64,000 bases of DNA from Methanobacteriota archaeon (GTDB lineage: Archaea; Thermoplasmatota; Thermoplasmata; SG8-5; JAGLSY01), in the NCBI GenBank assembly GCA_020696385.1, contig JAEHCQ010000001.1:448001-512000 (forward strand), read 5' to 3'. Made by a program: the position numbers and the translations under genes. The notes beneath the pieces were generated by a model. It ran no database searches. It worked only from the letters and a program-made list of their open reading frames with translations, and was not told the origin of the DNA. Within the stretch, counting starts at the first letter, position 1. Each line of letters starts with the position of its first letter. This document shows positions 58,267 through 64,000 of this stretch, piece after piece.

Positions 58267-59646
58267 ATGGATCAGAATTCGGGATGGCAAGGCAGGATCA
58301 AGACGATCGAAAAGGATTTTTCGACAGCTGCCAATGAGATCAAAGGTGGGATGAACGCCCAGCTGTGCGCTTATTGCAAGGGCTCGAAAAAGCTGTGTGG
58401 GAAGGACAGGTGCCCGGTGCTGACCAAGTATTATGCACAATCCAAGACCCAATCCATGATCAATTCCACGAACATAGCTGGCTCCTCCCCACCTGGTGTT
58501 TTTGTCGGCCGCTATGGCTATCCGAAAGTCCTTGTCGGGCCCCTTGTTCCAGCGGAGACGGGTGACACGATGTTGTATGACACTCCCGAGAGGTGGATCG
58601 GGAAATCGATCGAGGACATCGTGGATTTCAGGATGAAGCTGGTAAGAGGGATGAAGCCCGTTGAGGTCACCAATGTGGAGAACGGTGGCAGGGTGATAGA
58701 TATCACTCGCGAGCTGGCCATGGGTTCCGTATCCTCGGATGTGGAGGCGACCTTCACGAAGAAGCCCAGAGGCCGCCTTACATTCAACTCCGAATCCCAG
58801 CCATATGGACCGACCGCGCCCATCAAAGGCCTGGATTCGGGCAATATCAAGATAGATCAGAAGATCGATAAAGCCTATTCAGATACCGATCTGCTATCCA
58901 AGCCAGCAGTTATCAATCTCTACAAGAACGGGATCATGGTATCCAGAATTCAGAAAGCTTTCAGCGTGGGAGCTTTCGGTATTGGAAAAAATAGGAAATT
59001 CGTGCCCACCAGATGGAGCATTACCGCGGTGGACGACATGCTTGGTAAGGACCTCATGACCAACACCAAGCATGCCCCTTTCATAAATGATTTTGAAGTG
59101 TACTGGACGGAGGAGCTGGACAATCGCTGGGCCGTGTTGATGATGCCCTGCTCCTGGCGATATGAGCTCATCGAGGCCTGGTATCCGAACACGGTCTGGA
59201 ATCCTTATGGCCGAGACGTCGTCATCTTCTCGGATTATGAATTCCTGAAAAATAGAACCACATATGCGAAGATCGGCGGTTGCTATTACTCCGCCAGGCT
59301 GGCTGTTAATGAAAACTTAACAGCCCGCAACAGGCAAGCTGGCTGTGTGATATTCAGGGAAGCACATGCCGGGTACATCATGCCTGTCGGGGTGTGGAAT
59401 GTGAGGGAGAATGTGAGGGCGGCTGTTCGTAATAAACCCCGGAAGTTCAATAATCTGAAGGAATCACTGGATTTCATCTCGACAAGGATGGACATCCCGA
59501 TGGACAGATGGATCAAGACCAGCGGGGTGCTGAAAGACATGCTGCATCAGAGAAGGATCGAGGATTTTCTAACTGATGACAAGCCGATCGAGCCAGACAT
59601 GGATAATACGATCGAGCCAAATCTGGAGAGGGAAAATGAAGGTTAG
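58267..59646 (+). CDS. nreA: Nre-family DNA repair protein NreA
   Basis: N-terminal C..CKG...LCG...CP, GSSPPGVFVGRYGYPKV, VPTRWSITAVD and PVGVWNVRE motifs; PIP-like QRRIEDF near the C-terminus. Confidence 0.92.
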   Translation: MDQNSGWQGRIKTIEKDFSTAANEIKGGMNAQLCAYCKGSKKLCGKDRCPVLTKYYAQSKTQSMINSTNIAGSSPPGVFVGRYGYPKVLVGPLVPAETGDTMLYDTPERWIGKSIEDIVDFRMKLVRGMKPVEVTNVENGGRVIDITRELAMGSVSSDVEATFTKKPRGRLTFNSESQPYGPTAPIKGLDSGNIKIDQKIDKAYSDTDLLSKPAVINLYKNGIMVSRIQKAFSVGAFGIGKNRKFVPTRWSITAVDDMLGKDLMTNTKHAPFINDFEVYWTEELDNRWAVLMMPCSWRYELIEAWYPNTVWNPYGRDVVIFSDYEFLKNRTTYAKIGGCYYSARLAVNENLTARNRQAGCVIFREAHAGYIMPVGVWNVRENVRAAVRNKPRKFNNLKESLDFISTRMDIPMDRWIKTSGVLKDMLHQRRIEDFLTDDKPIEPDMDNTIEPNLERENEG

Positions 59647-60415
59647 AACAGCACTGTCTGTTTCCCAGCTTCCGGGTCTGGAATATGCACTTAATCCATA
59701 TTCCGGATGCTCCCATGCATGTATCTATTGCTATGTGCAGGATGTTCTGAGGCAGGATGGGGGGATCGAATGGGGCGACTTCGCGCAAGCGAAAGTAGGA
59801 TTACCGAATATACTGGCCAAGGAGCTGAAGCGCAAGGAGAAGGGAATGATCGGTCTTGGAACCGTGACCGATCCTTATCAAATTGCAGAAGGAACATCCA
59901 ATAATTCCAGATACTGCCTGGAGCAGATAGCCAGGAAGAAATGGCCAGTGTGTGTTCAGACAAAGTCAGATCTTGTAACAAGGGACATTGACGTCATTTC
60001 CAGAATAGAGGGAGCGGAGGTCGGCATGACCTTGACAACCCTGGATGAGGAGCTGGCCGGGAAGATCGAACCTGGAGCCCCCGTTACAAGTGTGAGACTG
60101 AGGGCATTGAGGGAACTCGTACAGTCTGGAATAAAGACCTGGGTCTTCATCGGGCCGATAATCCCGACCATGAACGATTCGGAAGAGGAACTGGCTGAGC
60201 TTATTGATGAGATCGCCAGTGCCGGGGTCAGGGAGATTCAGTATGACCGACTAAGGCTGAAGCCAGTGCTCGTTAAGAGAATGAGAGCACATCTCGGCGA
60301 CAGGATGGATATGATAGAGAAATTATGCAATGATCCAGCATGGTTCAAGAATGTCTCATTGTTCATCGACAAGCACTGCGAAGACAGGGACATCGTATCT
60401 CGAAGAGCTTTCTGA
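59636..60415 (+). CDS. SplB-like radical SAM protein
   Basis: LNPYSGCSHACIYCY CxxxCxxC, TDPYQ, TKSDLVTRD and IEPGAP...RL motifs. The start may be as early as 59576. Confidence 0.88.
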   Translation: MKVRTALSVSQLPGLEYALNPYSGCSHACIYCYVQDVLRQDGGIEWGDFAQAKVGLPNILAKELKRKEKGMIGLGTVTDPYQIAEGTSNNSRYCLEQIARKKWPVCVQTKSDLVTRDIDVISRIEGAEVGMTLTTLDEELAGKIEPGAPVTSVRLRALRELVQSGIKTWVFIGPIIPTMNDSEEELAELIDEIASAGVREIQYDRLRLKPVLVKRMRAHLGDRMDMIEKLCNDPAWFKNVSLFIDKHCEDRDIVSRRAF

Positions 60416-60465
60416 CTTAGGCGATTGCCTTTTAATCATGAAGTAACATACACTTTCTCAAGGTA

Positions 60466-61968
60466 TTGGAAATGGATCTGAAAAGAGATATCCAGCTAGG
60501 ATCATCGGAGGGAAAGTACCTCTTCGTGGCTCTGATCATCATGTTCTACACCATCGCGAGACTTATCGGTGTCGGTATCCATGAGTTCGCCGGGCATGGC
60601 CTGGTCACCGAGCTTGTGGGCGGGGAGTTCTACGCAGCCTACATTTCCCCGGGTAGTGGATATGCTTCCATTTACCTGCCTAATGACACTAGCCAGCCCA
60701 TAATCACTCTCACCTATCTCGCAGGAATGTTGGTAGAATTGATCGTCGGTTCCATTCTTCTTTTCCTGGTTTACCCGCGCATGAAGACCCTGATGACCGG
60801 ACTTTTCACACTCGTTCTGTCAGAAGTGTTGCTGGTCCATTCCTCATTGTACCTGGTGCTGGGATCGTACATAACAACAGGTGATAGTTATCGGGCAAGC
60901 CAGCTCGGTGGTGTGAGTGCCGATCTTCTTGTAATATCCGGATTGATACTAGCAAGTATTTTCATAATGATACTATCAATGAAATTCATACAGTTCATCT
61001 CCAATTTCGAGGTCATAAAAGATGATGGTGCCGCGAGATGGGCATTGGGTTTGTTCTGGCTGCCTCCTATCTTGATAATCTGGGTATCTGTCATTATTTC
61101 ATTCATATTACCCAGCGAGGTGACCACGGCGGATGAGAGAGCGTATTCCATCATCTACGGCTCACTGGTATTGATGCTCATCCTGATCGCGATGAATTTC
61201 ATACCCGATCTCACTTCCAGAAGATTTGATTTCAAAAAAATGGACAAGCTCAGGCTGAACAAGATCGTGATGACACTAAGTGTCATGTTGATGGTCATTG
61301 TACTTTGGCTAGCGATATTTGGGCCAAGCACATCGGAGGCACATGGTCTCATGATCAAGGATCCACCCATGGAATCTGAGAGATTCTATCAAGATTACAC
61401 TGTTGGCAATGCCCTTATCGAGATCGGTGAGAATGGAACGGTCGATATATCCATAATCCTGAAAGGGGTGATGATAGATCCGTCACCTCTTGATCAAAAA
61501 TTGTATGATTCATTCGAGGAAAGACCATACTGGCCCAATTATGAGAGCGGGTCCAGGAACATGATCAGGAATATGTTCCTTCTTTCATATGATAAGGCTG
61601 TCAATCTGACCTTCGAGAGCCGTGTGGAAGGCGAGGTTTGGGGAGGCGGAGATACATATGAATATGCCAGGATCTCAAAGACCACCCTCAATCTCAGTGA
61701 TATAGGAGCGGAATTCGATGACGGAGGGAATCTGACCATTCTGGTGATCGACCCCTGGATGGTGGGCAGCAATCCCGGGTATCTGGATGGTATCGAGTTC
61801 AGATGGGAAAATGATCTGAACCTCACGGATTATAATACTGGTAATATTCCACCATCAAGCGGGGGTATGGGTGGAACCTCACTTATCTGGAGGAATCCGG
61901 ATCTTGTCAATGCACCTACTGGCTATGAGATAGTTTTTGTAAAAAATGGAATTCGATCTTATATGTAG
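60466..61968 (+). CDS. Membrane protein with an M50B-like metalloprotease N-terminal region and an extracellular C-terminal domain
   Basis: GIHEFAGHGL...L.GG, YLAG and GD motifs in a multi-TM region; soluble C-terminal domain. Confidence 0.65.
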   Translation: MEMDLKRDIQLGSSEGKYLFVALIIMFYTIARLIGVGIHEFAGHGLVTELVGGEFYAAYISPGSGYASIYLPNDTSQPIITLTYLAGMLVELIVGSILLFLVYPRMKTLMTGLFTLVLSEVLLVHSSLYLVLGSYITTGDSYRASQLGGVSADLLVISGLILASIFIMILSMKFIQFISNFEVIKDDGAARWALGLFWLPPILIIWVSVIISFILPSEVTTADERAYSIIYGSLVLMLILIAMNFIPDLTSRRFDFKKMDKLRLNKIVMTLSVMLMVIVLWLAIFGPSTSEAHGLMIKDPPMESERFYQDYTVGNALIEIGENGTVDISIILKGVMIDPSPLDQKLYDSFEERPYWPNYESGSRNMIRNMFLLSYDKAVNLTFESRVEGEVWGGGDTYEYARISKTTLNLSDIGAEFDDGGNLTILVIDPWMVGSNPGYLDGIEFRWENDLNLTDYNTGNIPPSSGGMGGTSLIWRNPDLVNAPTGYEIVFVKNGIRSYM

Positions 61969-62020
61969 ACTGAATGAAAGGCTCGGCCTAGTTCATTTAA
62001 AATATCGAGCACGATAGATT

Positions 62021-62221
62021 TCAATTTTCATTATCTGCGCCGATGTAGATAAAAAGAGAAATGCCAAACCAGGTGAACATCAGGATGGTCAATGGTGAGC
62101 TTAGATTGCCAACTGCCATCTGTGCTATGATGAGCAGTATTGGAATTACGAGTCCTATGAGCCAGAAAAGCTCCTTTCCGTATTTGTTTATGAATTCATT
62201 CATTTGATCACTCCATTGCAA
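62021..62221 (-). CDS. Small two-TM hypothetical protein
   Basis: 66 aa with two hydrophobic helices; follows rpe on the same strand. Confidence 0.55.
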   Translation of the reverse strand: MQWSDQMNEFINKYGKELFWLIGLVIPILLIIAQMAVGNLSSPLTILMFTWFGISLFIYIGADNEN

Positions 62222-62284
62222 GACTTGTACAAAATGAAGCAGTACATAAATCTATTGGGTTAGGTATGTGTCGAACTTCAATAT

Positions 62285-62965
62285 CTACAAATGTCCCTCA
62301 AGTGCCTTCTTTCTTATTGCCGTGATGTTACTGGCTATAGGCTCATCGCCCCCGAAAGCGGCATTTCCCGCGACCAGCATGTTCCCACCATTCCTGGTGA
62401 CGACGTCCGCATTCTGCCTCCCAATGCCGCCATCCACCATGATATCAATGTCAAGATCATTCTCATCGATAAAGGTCTTGGCTTCCTTCAGTTTATCCAT
62501 AACCTCGGTCATGAACTTCTGACCGCTGAAGCCGGGATTCACGGTCATTATCAAAAGCAGATCAAGATCCTCCATGTGATCCCTGGCTTCTGAAAAGGGC
62601 GTTGGTGGATTGAGCGAAAGACCTGTTTTCACTCCCAGGTCTTTTATCATGGATATGGATTTGGATATGCAATCATCACATTCCGCATGCACGGTGATCC
62701 AGTCACTTCCAGCATCCGCAAATTTTTCGATATATTCCAAGGGATGGGATATCATCAAATGTGTGTCAAAGGGAATTGATACGAATGGTCTAAGCTGTTT
62801 CACGATAGCTGGTCCAAAAGAGATATTTGGTACAAAATGGCCGTCCATTATATCCAGGTGCAGCATGTCAGCGCCTCCCTTCTCCGCGCGAAGTGCGTCC
62901 TCTTCAAGATGTGTGAACCTTGCAGAAAGGATGGAAGGTGCGATCATTATCTTTCTTTTATTCAT
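62285..62965 (-). CDS. rpe: Ribulose-phosphate 3-epimerase
   Basis: IAPSIL, HLDIMDGHFVPN, DTHLM, MTVNPGFSGQKF and VDGGI motifs. Confidence 0.96.
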   Translation of the reverse strand: MNKRKIMIAPSILSARFTHLEEDALRAEKGGADMLHLDIMDGHFVPNISFGPAIVKQLRPFVSIPFDTHLMISHPLEYIEKFADAGSDWITVHAECDDCISKSISMIKDLGVKTGLSLNPPTPFSEARDHMEDLDLLLIMTVNPGFSGQKFMTEVMDKLKEAKTFIDENDLDIDIMVDGGIGRQNADVVTRNGGNMLVAGNAAFGGDEPIASNITAIRKKALEGHL

Positions 62966-63205
62966 GAGCCAGAATTCACATTGACGGTAAAATAGTTTTG
63001 CATCCACATGACCATGAAAATATTAGTAATGGTGATCGTGATGGTGATTGCCATGATCAATTATTACATAGATAATCATAATATCTAAATGATAAATCAT
63101 AATGTTATAGCTCATAATCAAGAAAAATGTTATGGGATTCCCCAGGGAATACCGACAATAGCCTTATATCGTCATTACCCCATTATTAATGAGTGAGGGA
63201 AAGAA

Positions 63206-63760
63206 ATGAGAGATTCCGCAAAACTATTGAAATTCAATTCAGACAGAGGCCTTACATTCGATGCTTATCGAAGTGTAAGTATCGATGTGTATAGATCACT
63301 GACATTCGATCTGAACAGGCACCTTATATTTGATATAAGTCGAGATCTCGGATTTGGAAAGAGAGGTATGATATTCAGAGGATTCATGTGTCCAGTGTGT
63401 AAAGCATCGGTCGCTGGGGATGCCCTGAAATGCGAAGAATGCGGCGTGAAGTTTCAGAGAAAGGCAGAAACTACAAAGAAAAAAACTTCCAATCAGAGAG
63501 AGCAGGATATTACAAAGAGGGCATCGGCAAAGAAAGTGCCTAAGTCTAAATCCCAAACTAGGAATAAACCAAAATCAACAGCCACAGCACCAAAGAAAAA
63601 TCGAGATACATTCAGGTGTCCAGTATGTGGAATTCCACTGTATGTGGGAACACAGAACTGCCCAGGATGCGGACTTATGTTCAGCAATTCTGCCACTGTA
63701 CGTAATGATACTCGCATCCCAAAGAGCCCACCAAAGAAAAATAGGCCTGGCGGGAGATAG
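63206..63760 (+). CDS. Basic double zinc-ribbon protein with N-terminal 8-residue repeats
   Basis: CPVC...CEEC and CPVC...CPGC; five (F/I)-(D/N)-x-x-R-x-(L/V)-x repeats; Lys-rich linker. Confidence 0.7.
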   Translation: MRDSAKLLKFNSDRGLTFDAYRSVSIDVYRSLTFDLNRHLIFDISRDLGFGKRGMIFRGFMCPVCKASVAGDALKCEECGVKFQRKAETTKKKTSNQREQDITKRASAKKVPKSKSQTRNKPKSTATAPKKNRDTFRCPVCGIPLYVGTQNCPGCGLMFSNSATVRNDTRIPKSPPKKNRPGGR

Positions 63761-63806
63761 TTGGGAAATAAATCAAGATTAAAGTGAATAAAAGGAGTGA
63801 GAAAAA

Positions 63807-64000
63807 ATGATAATAAGCATGTATTTGATAATAGCACTGGTCTGCGGACTTCTGCTCATCATCATGGCTGCCTTGGGCGGCATTGGTGATGCAGATTTCG
63901 ATGCAGGTATAGATGCGGATCTGGACATCGACGCAGACGTAGATGTGGGACATGGAGACTTTGGAGGTACTGGCATAAGTCCATTGAGCATACCTGTGTT
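63807..64000 (+). CDS. 5' partial membrane protein, YuaF/YqiJ (NfeD-associated)-like N-terminus
   Basis: Read directly: MIISMYLIIALVCGLLLIIMAALGGIGDADFDAGIDADLDIDADVDVGHGDFGG...SPLS. AGGAGTGA RBS; runs off the window edge. Confidence 0.65.
   Translation, partial: MIISMYLIIALVCGLLLIIMAALGGIGDADFDAGIDADLDIDADVDVGHGDFGGTGISPLSIPV

Noticed and set aside
63005-63125. Low-complexity (GTGATN)n / ATAATC stretch between rpe and the zinc-ribbon gene
   Set aside because: It is short and irregular, in an AT-rich divergent promoter region, with no supportable ORF or defined repeat unit.

Overview
Archaeal chromosomal segment, most consistent with an uncultured Thermoplasmata lineage. The basis is inference from the membrane-type LonB, archaeal S15, Csl4, archease, NreA, CDC48, a BHB-intron tRNA-Leu and GGAG/GGTGA ribosome sites. 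Positions 1-18.6 kb hold a head-to-tail array of at least seven paralogous secreted glycoproteins of about 900-1540 aa. They share a signal peptide, a beta-propeller carrying swappable inserted domains, and two conserved C-terminal beta-sandwich domains ending G-x-Y-x-A-(T/S)-(I/V)-T-F-x-I-G-x-x. They have no membrane anchor and show signs of recent duplication and recombination between paralogs. This array is the best candidate for an undescribed surface or adhesin system. The remaining ~45 kb is mostly housekeeping: lonB, nadM, cinA/pncC, RecJ-like, rps15, archease, leuCD-like, a Cys-less thiolase-fold/DUF35 pair, a COG1361 S-layer-like protein, hisS, valS, mutS, tRNA-Leu(TAA), lpdA, MATE, METTL5, csl4, glyA, acs, cdc48, PRC-barrel, nreA, SplB-like radical SAM and rpe. 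It also has several structured intergenic elements and an uncalled 59-aa gene ending in an HbYX-like motif. No CRISPR array, rRNA, transposase or integrase was seen. All calls come from reading motifs by eye; no database searches were run.
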